Assembly (NCBI RefSeq): GCF_036321535.1
Contig: NC_087436.1
Coordinates: 113,400,001 to 113,460,000 of the forward strand
Source of the DNA: Camelus dromedarius
Lineage: Eukaryota
Length of the DNA stretch: 60,000 bases
Direction: 5' to 3'
A model generated the notes under the pieces. That model searched no databases and had not been told where the DNA came from. It saw only the letters and a program-made list of their open reading frames with translations. The position numbers were made by a program, and so were the translations under genes. Position 1 is the first letter of the stretch. Every line of letters begins with the position of its first letter. Of the stretch, positions 36,441-50,539 are shown piece after piece.

Positions 36441-39169
36441 GATATGTAGTAAAAATAAAGTGATCTCTTCCTGAGATCTCAAAAGAAAATGCTAGTCCAG
36501 TGGTTCCCAGACTGAATTTTATGCAGTGATGAATTAAGAAAAAAAAAATCAGGGGCCAAATTTGTGTTGCCAGGATTTTACTATTACTATTAGGTAAGTC
36601 TATATAGAAACAACAACAAAAAAGCCACAGTTTCTGTGTCCACCATTATCTTATCAGACAGAATGATGGGTACGTAAAGGCAATGGCGCTGAGGATAAAG
36701 AGGAAGGAACAGGTCTTTGCTATCAGCTTTTCTTGAAATGATTTCTGTGAAACTCCAACAAAGCCATATTTCAGTTATGGCTTATATCATCTATCTAACC
36801 TATGGGCTTTAGAATGAATTCCTATATTGTTTATCTGTTGGCTTCATAGCTACCTTTTTTGATGAATATACTGAAAAATCCCTACTAAACTATAGAGCCT
36901 TCATTGTGAGAATTAAAAGAAGAAATGGATAAGAAAGCACTTTGCAAAGGAGTGCTATACAAATGGAAACTGTATTTATTGCCACTAAGTCAATTTAGTT
37001 TACAAAGAGAAAAATCACTTTCCTACATGTGCGCTCTCATAAGCAAACTCCCCAGGCAGGTTGAATCACTCTTATAACCTAGCACTTTTTCGTACTTCTA
37101 TCATAACATCTCCATTAATTATAAATTGTTTACACATCGGTTCTTCCTTGTAGGATATAAATCCTTTAGGGGCAGAGAGATAGTCTTATGAATCTTTGCA
37201 GCCTGGTTTGTGGTAGACAGTAAGTGCTCAGGAAATGTTAATTGCATGCATGAATGAACAATTAGTTCCCAGGAAAGGATAAAGGCAGGTAGTAGGAAGC
37301 TGATGGGGATTTCAAAGGTAAAATGAATAATAGAGTAATGTGTTAAAAACGAAACGATTCAGACTGATTGATGATCATATATTTTAAGTCTAGAAGATAT
37401 ATATATAGACTTACTATATTGCCAAAATACTGCATCAATTTGGTCTGCGTAAAGTTAAATATTTTATAATACTGATAATTAAATATACTTTCACAGTATT
37501 GCATTCATTTATCCATTTGTTTAGCAAATCTCTTTCCGATGTCTGATAACTACACAGCACTCTGCTATTGGTTTTGATAAGCATGTCCCCATCCTCATGA
37601 AGTTTGCTATCTAGTGGGGGAGGGGCAGAGCTGAGGGAGGGAGCCTGCTCCACGCCAAACACTGTCCTAGGAATTTTACATATTATTATAATAATTACAT
37701 TTATTGGCTATCTCCTATATTCATAACAACCCTGTAAAGTAAGCATCATTATGCCCATTTTACAAGAAAGAAATCTAATCTAAGAAAATGTTATTAATTT
37801 ATTTGAGATCACAGAGCTAGGAAGGGACAGAGGCAGGTTGATTGATCACAGGGAAGAGCATAAGGGTTATTTTTTATTTCAGTATCTAGAATCTCTTCCA
37901 GTCATTCAAGTTAACTCAACAGATATTAATGGAATGTCAACAAGGACAGATGTATAAAATTATAATGAATTATAGTAATAAAGTCCTCACTCTCATGGAG
38001 TTTTTGATTTATGGGAAGGATTTAGAAAAATAAACATAATCATAAGGTGGGATTTTAACCAAAGGTTGACAATCTTTAGGGGGAAGTGGTTCCCAGGAAC
38101 TAAGCATCATCAAGGTGTGATCGGAAGAGTGTTCTGGGCTCGGGGGTCAGAAGACTGCTGGTTAAGGCTGCTTCTCTTGTTGTGGGAAAGTCACTTAGAT
38201 TTCTGGGCCCCACTGCCCTCATTTGTTAAGTATGAACAATAACAGCTTATGTGTCTATGTTATATTAAGAACTATGGGTGGAGATAAGGGAAAGCAGTTT
38301 CTAAAATACAGTGCAGATTTTTGATAAAGAAAGCTAATTTCCTAGAAATGTCTTTTTGGTATAAGAGCCATCAGATAAGAGAAAGCATAGTGAAGTGATT
38401 TGTAAGTTCTTATCCCTAGTATATAATGTGGTGCCTGTCACATACTAAGTGCTGAATAAATACTTCTGGAGCTTAGTTCCTGAATGGCTGAAGGAGAACA
38501 GAGGAATCCAGATCTCTTGTGACCTTGTGACCTTGTCAGCACATCAAGCAGTTGTCAATAAACATATTAGTTATCATACAAAGTTCCATTTAAGTTAGGC
38601 ATTTTATTTGTTCATTTGGTTGTTTGTCAGAGATGTAGATATGTGTGTATCTCAAAAACATATTTGGGGGTGGTGATGGCCTGTCTTCATATCTGTTTCT
38701 ATTAAGCATCTGTTTGCTCCTTTCTGCTGGTGAGTGCTCACAGCATACAGCCCTCTTGGGGTTAAGAATAGTACCATATATTCTCCATGGATGTTTATAT
38801 TTCAACAGGTATTACAGACATAAGCTTAGGGATAAAGTTTAAGCCTGGTAATGCTATGCACTAGCCAGAGAGAGGATTTATTTGAGGAGTTCTGGCTTAC
38901 TTAACACAATCAAACCACATCCCCATAGACAGTTATCTATCTACCTACCAAGACCAGCCTTTAGCTTGGGTCATTGGCTAGACATGTACATGCCTTTGCT
39001 ACGACATGACAAACAAATACTACCTGAAAATTGTAATCTTGCATGTAAGATATTATGTGTCTTGCGTATAATATTAGTAAACATTATAGGAGTGTTTTTT
39101 CTAGCTTTAACGTTTCATTTAATGTCACTCAAAATTGTTTTTATAATAAAATGTTATTAAAAATGAATA

Positions 39170-42100
39170 TTCAGAACTGCTTCTGTGAAGGTAGAATAAA
39201 TGATATTTCCTATTTCTCCCACTAAGTACTACTAATAAGCCTGGACATTTATATAAAGCAAACACAACATCTGAAAGGTAGAGAGAAGAAGACAAACTGT
39301 CTTGGGACCTAGGAACCAAAGGAACACTAAGGCTGTGAGATTGTTGTGTGTTCTTTTTGCCTTTCTATCCCGAAATTAGAGCCAGAGATGCTAGAACCTG
39401 AGAATACCACAGGTACAGACTGAAAAAAAAAAAAGCCCCAACAAAAACTTGCTCCCTGTAGCTAAAGGACCACGAAAAGGGGTGCAGTTTCACATCACAG
39501 AAAGCTTTTAGACAATAACGACTAAACTCCAGCCAAACACCACAGAAAGAATTGTGGTCCCACCTCCACCCACGCTGGCAAAGGCCTAGAGAGTAACCTG
39601 TAGGCCTCACGAGGCTGCAGTAAGGTACCCTCCACCCACGGAGTGGTGTCAGAGAAGGCTGAGTAGGGAGCCAGGACTTTTGTTCCTGCTGAGTAGTCAT
39701 GAAGCCCCTCACCCCAGCCACAGCGTCAGAGGGACCACGTGTGAAACCTGGACTTTCACCCACACCGTGCAGCAATGAGGTTACCCTCTCCCTCCCTAGT
39801 GGGCTGACGTCAGAGGAGACCTGGGGATGAGTCAGGACTTTCCCAGTGGGTTTTACACTCATCACAAGTGTCCGGTGGTCATAGGGCCATACAACCCCTG
39901 TGGTGACAGGTGGACATGTGCCCAGCCTTAATGAGGTGCACTTACTACTCCCAACCAGAGTGGTGCTGGGGAGGCCTCATTCCTCTCATTTCCTCCCAGC
40001 AGTACTGTGGAGTCCCCTGCCCATCTCAGGTGTCAGGAGAGATCAGGTGAGAACTCGGGCTTCTACCTCTGCCTGGCAGTATTGGGGCAATGTCCTCTCT
40101 TCCTCTTCCACAGCAATATCATGAAAGCCAGCTAAAACAAAGTTGAAATAACTTAACAAAGCACCAAAAATACCCAAGTTCCAGCTGAAAATGATTCATC
40201 CATCATACCAGGAACCAGGAAAATCTCAACATGGGAGAATAAATACAATCAATGCTAACATGGAGATGACAGTTGTTAGGGTTTGGGAGGTCTTCAGTCA
40301 TTATTATTATTTTTTATTTCAGCTTTGCCCTCTTTCTCTTCTTCTTTCCATATTCTGGTGACACAAATGTTAGAACTTTTATCATAGTTATACAGATCCA
40401 TGGGTGTCTGTCTGTCTCTCTCTTTTTAGTTTACTCTCTCTGTTGTTCAGATTGGTAACTTTTTTTTATTGTTCCTTCCTCCAGTTCACTGATTCTATTT
40501 TCTGCCCCTCCCATTCAGCTGACAAAATTTTAAAGCAGCCATCATAAAAGTGTTTCAGTGAGCAATTACAGACATGCTTGAAACAAATGAAAAAACAAAA
40601 ATCTCAGCAAAGAAATAGAAGGTCTAAAGAAACCTAGATTTTAGAACTTCAAACTACAATAACCAAAATGAAAAAAAAAACAAAAAAAAAACCTCAGTGG
40701 ATAGACTAATAGCTGAATGGAGGGGCCAGAGGAAAGAAGCAGTAAACTGAAAGAAATAACAATAGAAATTACCTAATCTTAACAATAGTGAGAAAGCAGA
40801 CTAGACAGAGTAAAAATGACCAGAGACTCAGGAACCCACATTACCATAACAAAACACCTAACATTTGTGTCACTAGAATACTAGAAGGAGAGGAAAAGGG
40901 ATTGTGACTAAAAAGTGTTTAAAGAAAGAGTGACTAAAAACTTCCCAAATTTGGCAAAGGACATAAGCCTATAGGTTCAAAGAAGCTGAGTGAATTCCAA
41001 ACAGGACAAACTCAAGAAACCCATGCCAAGACATATATACATCTAAAAATTAAAGAGGAAGAAAAATTCTGAAAGCTGTGAGAGGGAAACAAAACCTTAC
41101 CTATACAGGAAAAAAAACACATTCAAATGACAACAGATTTCTCATCCAAAATCACAGAATGGAAGGAAATGGCACAATATTTTTCAAACGCTGAAAGAAA
41201 AGAACTAGTAACCCAGAATTCTAGATCTTTAAAAATATCCTTCAAGAATAAATATCCAGACTTTCTAAGATAAACTAAGGGAATTTGTCACTAGGAGAAT
41301 TACCCTAAAATAATGGTTAAAGGAAGTTCTCTAAATGAAAGAGAAGCTTGGAACATAGAGAAAGAAGAAAGAAGCAGCTAAACAAAAATACGGTAAATAT
41401 AATAGACTTTCCTTTGTCCTTTGAGTTTCTAAACTTATGTTTGATAGTTGACACCCAAATTATAACATTGTCTGATATTGTTCTGATGGCATGTAGAGGA
41501 AACACTTAAAAGACAATTATATTAGAAATGTAGGAGGGTAGATTGACATAGAGTGAAGTTTCTATACTTCATGCTAACTGGTAAAGTGGTAACACCAATA
41601 GATTATGATAAATTATGTATATATCATATGGAACAGTCACTAAAAATCTGAACAAAAAAATATGCTCAAAGACACTATAGATAAATCAGAATTGAATTCT
41701 AAAAACTTGCAGTGTCACACAGAAAAATAGGAAAAGGAAAACAAATAAACAAAAACCAGAGAGAACAAACAGAAGACACATAATGAAATGGCAAACTTAG
41801 GTCCTAATGTATCAATAATAACATTACATGTAAGTAGTCTAAATACACAAAAGACATAGATTGGCAGAGTGGATTAAAAAGCATGCCTCACCTACATGCT
41901 GTCTACAAGAAACTTACTTCAAATATAAAGATATATGTAGGTTGAAAGTAAAAGGATATAAAAAACATTCAAACATTTGTCAAAAGAAAGAATGACTATA
42001 TTAATATCAGATAAAATAGACTTCAAAGAAAAGAACAATACTAAAGACAGAGGCCAATAATACATGATCATAAAATAGCTAAACTATCTTAAGACATAGC

Positions 42101-44855
42101 AGTCCCTTAAGGTATATGCCCCAAACAATGGAATAGCAATACATATGAAGCAAAACTCATAAAAAAGAGAAACTGATAAATCCTCAATTGTATTTATAGA
42201 TTTTAGTATCCCTCTCTCAACAATTGATAGAGCTAGACAGAAAATCATGGTATATAGAAGAACTCAGTAACACAATCAACCAACAAGATTTAATCTACAT
42301 TTATAGAACACTCCCCCCAACAGTAATAGAATACACATTCTTTTCTAGCACTCATGAGACATACACCAGGTTAGGCTATACACTGGACCATAAAACAAGC
42401 TACCACAAATTTATAAGAATTAAAATTATCCAGAGCATGTTCTCTGACCTCATGGAATCAAACTAGAAATAATTAATAGAAAAATAACAGGAAAATATCC
42501 AAACACTTAAAAGCTAGACAACATACTTTTAAATAACCCCTGAATTTATAATTTTGAAACTCTCCAAATGGAAATCTCCAGGCCCGGATGACTTCACTGG
42601 ATTATTCTACCAGACATTTGAAAAGCGATTAACATGAATTCTACACAATGTCTTCCAAAAAAAAAAAAAAAAAGAAAGAAAAAGAAAAGAAAAAGAAAAA
42701 GAAAAAAGAAAAGGAGATAGCACTTCCTAATTCATTTTATGAAATTAATAATACTCTGACATGAAAACCCAAAGAAGACAGTTGAGAAAAAGAAAAGAAC
42801 TATAGATGACTAGCCCTCGTAGATAGAGACACAAAAATCTCTAGCAAAACATTAGCAGGTATTCAACAAAATAGAAAAAGAATTATTCTTTATGATGAAA
42901 TGGTATTTATTCCAAGAATGCAAGACTTGTTCAATATTAAAAAAATCAGTATAACTCACTATATTACAAGAAAAAAATCATATGATCTTATCAATCAATG
43001 CAGAAAAAGCATCTGACAAAACTTAGCACCCATGCATGATAAAAACTCTCAGAAAAATAGGAATACAAGAGAGCTCCCTTAATTTGTTAACAAGCATACA
43101 GAAAATATCTATAGTTAGTGTTATATTTAATGGTGAATGAGTGAATGCTTTCCCCTTAAAACTGGGACTAAGACATAGGTGTTAGCTTTCATCATTTTAC
43201 TAAATATAATACTGAAGTTCTAGCTCATGCAATTAGTGCAAGAAAAGCAAATAAAGATATACAGATCAGGAAGGAAAAAACAAAACTCACTATTTGCAGA
43301 TGGCATGAGTGTCTGTGTAGAAATCTCAAGGAATCTACCCAAAAAAATCCTTTCTAGCACTCAAAAGTAAGTTCAGAAACATGACAGGATACAAGATGAA
43401 CAACAGAAATCAATTGCATTTTTTATTTGCCAGCAATGAACACACAGACACCAAAATAAAAAATATAATACCATTAACAATTGCTTAAAAATGAAATTCT
43501 TAAGGGTAAATATAACAAATATGTATAAAACTTGATGCTTAAAACTACTAAGTACTAGTGAAAAAATCAAAGAAGATCTAAATAAATGAAGAGGAATGCC
43601 ATGTTTATGGATTGAAAGATTCAACATAGTAAAAATGTCGATTCTCCCCAGACTGATAGAAGATTTAATGAAATTCCTAACAAAAATCTCAGTAACATTT
43701 TTTGGAGATATAGGAAAGATTATTCTAAAATTTATATAGAAAGGCAAGGGAACTAACATAGTGAAAACTATTGTGAAAAAGGGAAATGAAGTGTAAGAAA
43801 TCACTCTACCCAATTTCAAGACTTACATAGGTGTGGTATTGGAGACTGCATATTATTGGTGGCGGCATGGACACAGATTAATACATAAGAATAGAGGATG
43901 GAGCAAAAAGCAGACCACACAAAATTGCCCAACTGATTTTTGACAAAGTTGAGAAGCAGTTCAATGGAGGAATGATAACCTTTTCAACAAATGGTGCTAG
44001 AGCAATTATAATCTATAGGCAAAAAAAAAAAAAGGACCTCAACATAAACTTCACACATGATATAAAACTTGACTCAAAATGGATCATAGATTTAAATGCA
44101 AGACTAAAACCACTAATCTTTTAGAAAAGCACGTAGATAATTTTTGTGACCTAGGGTCGAGTGAAGGAGTTCTTAGATATGACACTAAAAATTGAAAAAA
44201 ATGGATAAACTGGACTTCATCAAAATTAGAAACTTTTGCGTTGGGAATGACATTTTAAGGGGATGAAAAGACAAAATACAGACTGAGAGAAAATATTTGC
44301 AAATCACTTACCTGACAAAGAACTGATATCTATAGTATATAAGTAATTCTCAAAGCTCAACACCACAGAAACAAACAACCTGCTTAGAAAATGGGCAAAA
44401 GGCATGAACAGACATTTCACAAAAAAGGAAAGACAGATGGAAAATAAGCCTGTGAAAATTTATTTAACTTCATTAGCCATTAGGAAAATGCAAATTAAAA
44501 CCGTAGTGAGAGATCACTACACAGATATCAGAATGGATCAAATGAAAAATAGTGGCAATACCAAATGCTCGTGAGAATGTGAAGAAACTGGATCTCTCAT
44601 ACGTTTGTGGCTGGTGGGAATGTGAAATGGTACGGCCATTCTTGAAAACAGTTTGGCAAATTTTTTGTAACCTAACAGGCAACTACCATATAATCCAGCA
44701 ATTACACTCTGGGGAACTTGGCTCAGGGAAATGAAAATTTATGTTCACACAAAAACCTGTACATAAATGTTCAAAGGAACTTTATTTGTTACGGGAAAAA
44801 CTGGAAACAACCCAGATGTCCTTCAGCAGGTGAATGGGTAAACAAACTGGGGTAC
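39170..44855 (+). mobile_element. Long degenerate L1 (L1MC/L1MD-like): 5' UTR, ORF1, ORF2 with internal deletion, 3'-truncated
   Basis: ORF2 endonuclease remnant at 42224-42466 (NTINQQDLIYIYRTL...EYTFFSSTHETY...LDHKT) and C-terminal remnant (KNWKQPRCPSAGEWVNKL) at ~44800. A-rich plus strand with many stops. Confidence 0.92.
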
Positions 44856-46439
44856 AGGTATATATTTAGTCAGCATTTATTTCCTGTCAGGACTCTACTA
44901 GGGGGCTTAAATACATTTGTGACTTAAATCTTGGAAGGAAAATATTATCCTAATTTTGTGGATTAGAAGCTTAAGGTTGAGAGAGATTAAATGGCTTACT
45001 CGAGGTCATTCACAGCAAAGGCTGGAATTTGCGACCAGGGTTTTTGACATTCCAAAGCCCATTTGCTTTTTACTGTCATGAAAAGTAAGTGAGGGACTAT
45101 GTGTGTTTGTTATTCTTTGTAATCTGGAAGGATGTAACTGATCGTGTTATATCCTGTCTGAGGATTGGTTCTGTCAGCAAACCTTCAGGACAAAGTGATT
45201 GCCTAAGAACAGACTTTTCCTTTTCCATAATTCATATCCACTGCCTTTACATCTGCAAATTCATGTCATAGCATTTGTTGAGTCCTATTTCTCCAAGAAA
45301 GAGGATGGGACTGAACACACTCTCCCCAGTTGACTCATTTAATCACGTGAAAGAACTAATGCTTACTCTTTGTTGTAATTAAGTTTGCAACTTGTGGAGC
45401 CTAAAACAGTGGCTCACAGAACCGCCTGAAATGACTTTGTTTTGCAATGTGTATTCCTGCCCGTCAGAGTAAACTAAAACACAACCCTTGACATCCACAA
45501 TTACCCAGCAGGTGTGGCTGAGAAAGTTGATGCATCATCACATTTTTGAGCCAGAAGGAGTCAGCTTTTAATTAGAATAATCATCTAATTTTATGTCCAA
45601 GTCACACATATATGGTTAGAATTAAAACACAAGTCAGATTTCTCAGCAGGCTCAGATCTGAGTGTTACCAAGACTTCTTTCTACACTCTAAACTGTGAGC
45701 TCTATTGCTCTTGGTTTCAGATTTTATGAGAACAGTTCATGTTTTGTAAAGTGACCATTAATAAAATACCTAATTTTCTATTTAAAAACAAAAAAAGCAA
45801 GACAACAAGTTTCTTAAACTTAGAAGAATGGCAGCTACAAAGTAAAATGGCGTTACCTAAAATCTTATGATTAGATGATTCTAGAAACTGCAGGCATAGT
45901 GTAGCTGGAAAAGTCCAAGAAGCGAAAGTAGCAATCTTGGGTTGGACGACGTGTGATGCTGCCTGGCATCTCCATGCCTCTAACTGTGCCTCTTAACTTT
46001 GATTCCTCCAACAAACTCTTATTTGGTGTCTGCTGTATACCTTGCATCTTGCTTGGCTCTGGAGAGTCAATGGTGATCAAAATAATCATTTACCTAAGTC
46101 ACAGGGTTGGTGCATGAGAAACATGAGATAATAGATGTGAAAGCTCTTTGTAATGTGTTCCATAAAAATCAGTCATAACTTGGTATCATTTTCAATTGCA
46201 AGTGTATATGCTATCAGCAGTGGAGCTTTGAGGATAATGAAAACTCCCTGAGCACAAACAGAAAATACATTTATATTGTGTGATTGTGAAGTCTAGAAAT
46301 TGAAATTGGACAGAATGCTTAACAAATATAAATGCAGGAAACTCTTCTCTTTTTTTTTACTATTATTTCAGCTCATAGAACAGTACACAAGTTTGCACCA
46401 AGTATTTGTTGAATAAATTATTTTAGTTAATCTCTTTCT

Positions 46440-46980
46440 GTGTATATATGTAATTGTTTTAGGGTAAATGACTAGAAGTGGAATTAGTGGATATAAGATT
46501 GTATACAGCAGCATGTGAAAGTACCTATTTCCCCATACATTTGCCTGTAAGGGAGGTTATCAATATTTAAATTTTTTGTCAATATGGTGGGTGAAAACAG
46601 TGGTATCACCTTATTGTTTAAATCTGTATTCCTTAAGAACTAGCTGGGTGGAGAATGTTTTCAGATCTGCATTGTCCATTTGTAATTCTGTGAATTGCTC
46701 ATGTATAGTATTTGGTAATTTTCTATGGGGTTGTATTTTTCTTATTAATTTGCAGGAACTCATTAAATGCTTTGGTTGTTAATCTTTGTCAGTGGTATTC
46801 ATTGTGACTGTTTTTCTGGTCTGTTATATGCTTTTAAAATTTTTTGTTTATGCTGTATATTATCATGTAGAGGTTAATCATTTTCATGTATTTATATCCA
46901 TTATAACTCTTCTTTGATTTCTGGACTTTTTTGGCTTGTTTAGGAGGACTTTTCCTATCTCTAATTTTAAAATAAATCTA
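46440..46980 (-). mobile_element. Old L1 (L1ME-like) 3' fragment
   Basis: tagggtaaatgactagaagtggaatt...gtacctatttccccatacatttgcc...gtggtatcaccttattgttttaaatctgtattcc. Confidence 0.7.
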
Positions 46981-48449
46981 AACTCCCTTTTTGCACTTGT
47001 GTAAGTTTATTTTCTACAATTTATTTTACTTTGCCCTAATCAATATACTTTGCCCTTTGCATATGTATGTAATGCATACTTTGCAAGATAAGTGTTTTTA
47101 TCTCTACTTTTCAGATTATAATGAGGAAAATGAGGTTCAGAAAGTTGTCCAGGTCACATACAGAGTGCTGAGTTTATGACACCAAGCATCATGCTCTTAC
47201 AATTCTGCAATGTCATCTCTGCAAAATACAGCTGGGGGTGAGGGTCACTTGTAATTACTGGAATTCACCTTCTCTATCCTCCCACTCATTCCCAAAGGGA
47301 TTTGACTTGGCTGACATTACAAATTAATATAACAAAATATATACTTATTGTGCAAGGGACCTGATGCACTCTGTGCTTAATATATCCCTGATTAAAGATG
47401 AATGAATTAATGAGAGCATCAGTCAGGACCTGGGGCTGGTAAAGATCACACTGACCCCATCTGCCCTGGGAGAGCCAAAGTTAAGCTAGAAGCCAAGGTC
47501 TTGAGTGAGAGGAGTTAAAAACTGGCTGTCAGATGTGTCTGGAAGTCTCAGCTAATCACCACAGTTCCCATAATTGTTATTTGTGGCTCACTCCTCTGAA
47601 TTCCCGAAGCATCTCCACACACCTCTTATAGCTCTTTTGTCCTCTTCTGTTTCACCTAATAGGCTGTGTCCTCCCAAGCCTTGGTGCTGAGACTTTGAGT
47701 TCTGTGTCCTTTGTGCCCTCACAGTACCAGATACAGAACAGAGATGCTGTCAGTACACAGGCTGAGGGCCAGCTGGGGCTTCTGAGCTTGGGAATGTGGT
47801 CTGTGACCTCGTTTCAAGAGGAAAATCTTAGAAAGTTACCTCATTGTTAATGCTTTCCAAAGAAAATTTTATAATTTTGGTGGCTGACAAGCAATGCCAA
47901 TTTTCCTAATGATATTCTTCTACTCAATAAAGTAGGTAATTCAGGTTCCAAAAAGAGATCTATTTTCTGTGGCACTCAATAAAAATATGTTCTTTTAATA
48001 AAAGAAATATGACCTCTAATTAATACCCCCAACACATGCATACACAAACACATTCTTCCAGATACATACATATATACACACGTGCATACATACTTGTATA
48101 TGTATCATTCCTAAATTTGCGTTCATACAGAAAGAGGTTGTTCAACAATGGAGTCCATGCTCAGCAAACACCTAATCCACAGATGGTTCAGTGCATTAGT
48201 TCCCAGGCACATTCAACCAGCCACACTTTCCCTGTCGAGGGAATCACACTAGAGGGCCAGCACTAGCCTTGGCTGTCCCTCCTGGCTGGTCTGTAAAGAA
48301 CAGTAACATGTACCTTAACGCCTACCAGCTGCCCAGCACAGTGCCCGCCTCCTAGATGTGCTCTTTAAATGATGGCCTGACCAAAAACTGTTCAGCAGAT
48401 ACCGATCACATCATGCGTGCGTTTCACCCTCATGAATGCAGTCACGGGG

Positions 48450-48881
48450 CTGTGGCAGCCACCGGGGTGTGCCACCTAGAACTTCTCTCAAAAGAATCTG
48501 CTTTAGGGATCTCAGCTGATGGCAGCTGTTGGATGCTTCATATCTGAAAGTGCCAAACTTGTGTTTCCCCTGGGCTCCTCCTAGGCAACCCTCCCTGAGC
48601 AAGGCTGGGCCATAAAGCCAGGCCTTTTCCGCCTGACATGGGATTCCTTCCATAGCAGTGCTTGGTCGTGACTCCCCACTGTCCTGGCTGAGACTTTCTG
48701 AGAACTGCACTGTGGTCTGAGGCTTTTCTCAGCCCAGCCTTCTTCCTTCGCTGTCTCCCTTCACAGGTGTCCAATCTGCATCTCTGCCCACTCCTGTTCT
48801 CTTCTGTTTCCCCAGTAAATCCCTTGTATATCTGTCTAACCCATCCTTGGTGCCTGTCTCGCAGAGAGCCTGAGTTGATAC
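48450..48881 (+). mobile_element. ERVL solo LTR (LTR16-like)
   Basis: TGTGGCAGCC...GATACA termini; internal ccataaagccaggcc, ggctgagactttctgagaactgcactgtggtctgaggc, cccagtaaatcccttgta...ccatccttggtgcctgtctcgcagagagcctgagttgataca. Confidence 0.75.
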
Positions 48882-48994
48882 AGCAGCTCATTAAAAAAGA
48901 GAGGATGAAGAGTGACTTGAATAGAGTGAGCATGTTTGCCTGTTGCCTATTAAGTGGGAACGTGCCCTGAGTAAATGGGAGATTTCTCGAAGTC

Positions 48995-49200
48995 CTTTTT
49001 TCAGTAAATATTTTGTAGCATTTATTCCATGCCTGGCATAGTTCTAAGCATTTTACATATACTGAATCCCATTTAGTCCTTGTGTCAGCCCTCTGGTGAA
49101 TTATTATTTCCATTCTGCATATGAGAACACTGAGGCACAGAGAGATTATGTAAACTTGTCCAGCGTCACAGAGCTATTAAGTGTCAGGGCTGGAATTTAC
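48995..49200 (-). mobile_element. MIR SINE
   Basis: ttattatttccattctgcatatgagaacactgaggcacagagag...cttgtccagcgtcacagagctattaagtgtcagggctggaattt. Confidence 0.8.
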
Positions 49201-49273
49201 TTCCACTGCACGATGTTGTCCCTCATGATAGGGGTCCTTTGCTGTACTGAGATGGTAATATCTAAATAAAAGT

Positions 49274-49360
49274 ATTTTTAATTGAAGTATAGTTGATTTA
49301 CAATATTTATAATATTGTGTTGTGTTAGTTTCACGTGTACAGCAAAGTGATGCAAATATA
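49274..49360 (-). mobile_element. Short L1 3'-end fragment (L1MA9-like / laurasiatherian)
   Basis: ttttaattgaagtatagttgatttacaatatt...gtgttagtttcacgtgtacagcaaagtgat. Confidence 0.8.
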
Positions 49361-49920
49361 GATAGACAGACAGACAGACAGACTAATTCTCTGACATTAG
49401 AACATCCCTCTACCTTCCTCTGTTACCCTGCAACACCACTGAAAAACCTTACCTGCATGAAACAGATCTGTCAATTGTCATTCTAAACAGTTAATGTACA
49501 TGTACCTGATAGTTTAAACCTAACAACCACCTGTGAAATCACTGCTCATTTTAGCAAGAAGAAACCTGAACTGGGCATGTTAACATAAATGGCCCAAAGT
49601 CAAGAGGTAGTAAGCTGCTGAGTCAAATGAAAACCAAGTCTTACCAGTTAGCCTTATGGTTTTTGTTTTTGTCTTTTTAAAGCTCCCTTTGTCAGCTAAC
49701 TAGAGTTTATCTTTCTGAGCCCCAAAACTTAAAGAAAAAAATAGCCTTGATTTGATGGTCTGTCTTAACCATGGCAAATCATACCACTTCAATTTTATCA
49801 TGATGTCACAGGGACATCTTTATGAATCATAATAATTTTAATGCTGACATTTATGATTTTTAGATGAGCACATTTGATAATCATTTTTGTTTTCATTCCA
49901 CACGTTTGTAGGATGCCCTT

Positions 49921-50533
49921 TGTGGTAGGCAGATTTCTAAAATGGGCCCCGAGATTCCCTACCCTCTGGTATACATGTTTTATATAGTCCCTAGGACTGT
50001 AAATATGATAGATTTTTTTCCTGTGAGTAGGTGATATTACTTGTCAGATTGACCTTGAGATGAGGAGATTATCCAGGTGGGCCTGATTGAATCACATGAT
50101 TCCTTTGAAAACAGTTTTCCAACTGGTTATAGAAGAGGAAGTCAGATATTCAAAGTACAAGAAGGACTTGACATGCTCTTGCTGGCTTGAAAGATGGAGG
50201 GGGACACATGGGAAGAAATGCGGGTGGCCTCTAGTTGCTAAGAACAGCCGCTGGCTGACAGGGAAATGAAGGCCTCAATCTTATAATCTCATGGAGCTGG
50301 AGTTTGCCAACGATCTGGACGAGCTTGGAAGCAGATTGTTCACCAGTGCCTCCGTTTAAGAACTCAGCCTGGCTGACACCTTGATTTCGGCTTCTAATGC
50401 CCTGACTAGGTTGCAGAATCAATCCCCCCTGAGCCTGGACGCCTGACCTGCAGGGCTGTGAGCTAATAAATAGGTGTTGGTTTAAGCTGCTAGAATGATG
50501 ACAATTGTTACCTAACAATAAAAAGCTAATACA
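49921..50533 (+). mobile_element. MaLR solo LTR (MLT1D/E-like)
   Basis: tgtggtaggcagatttctaaaatggg...gtttaagctgctag...ctaataca; 5-bp TSD-like ccctt/ccctc. Confidence 0.85.
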
Positions 50534-50539
50534 CCCTCT

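Noticed and set aside
39365..44927. ORFs within the long L1
   Set aside because: They are fragments of decayed L1 ORF2 or antisense shadows. The element has many stops and a deletion, so it is not active.
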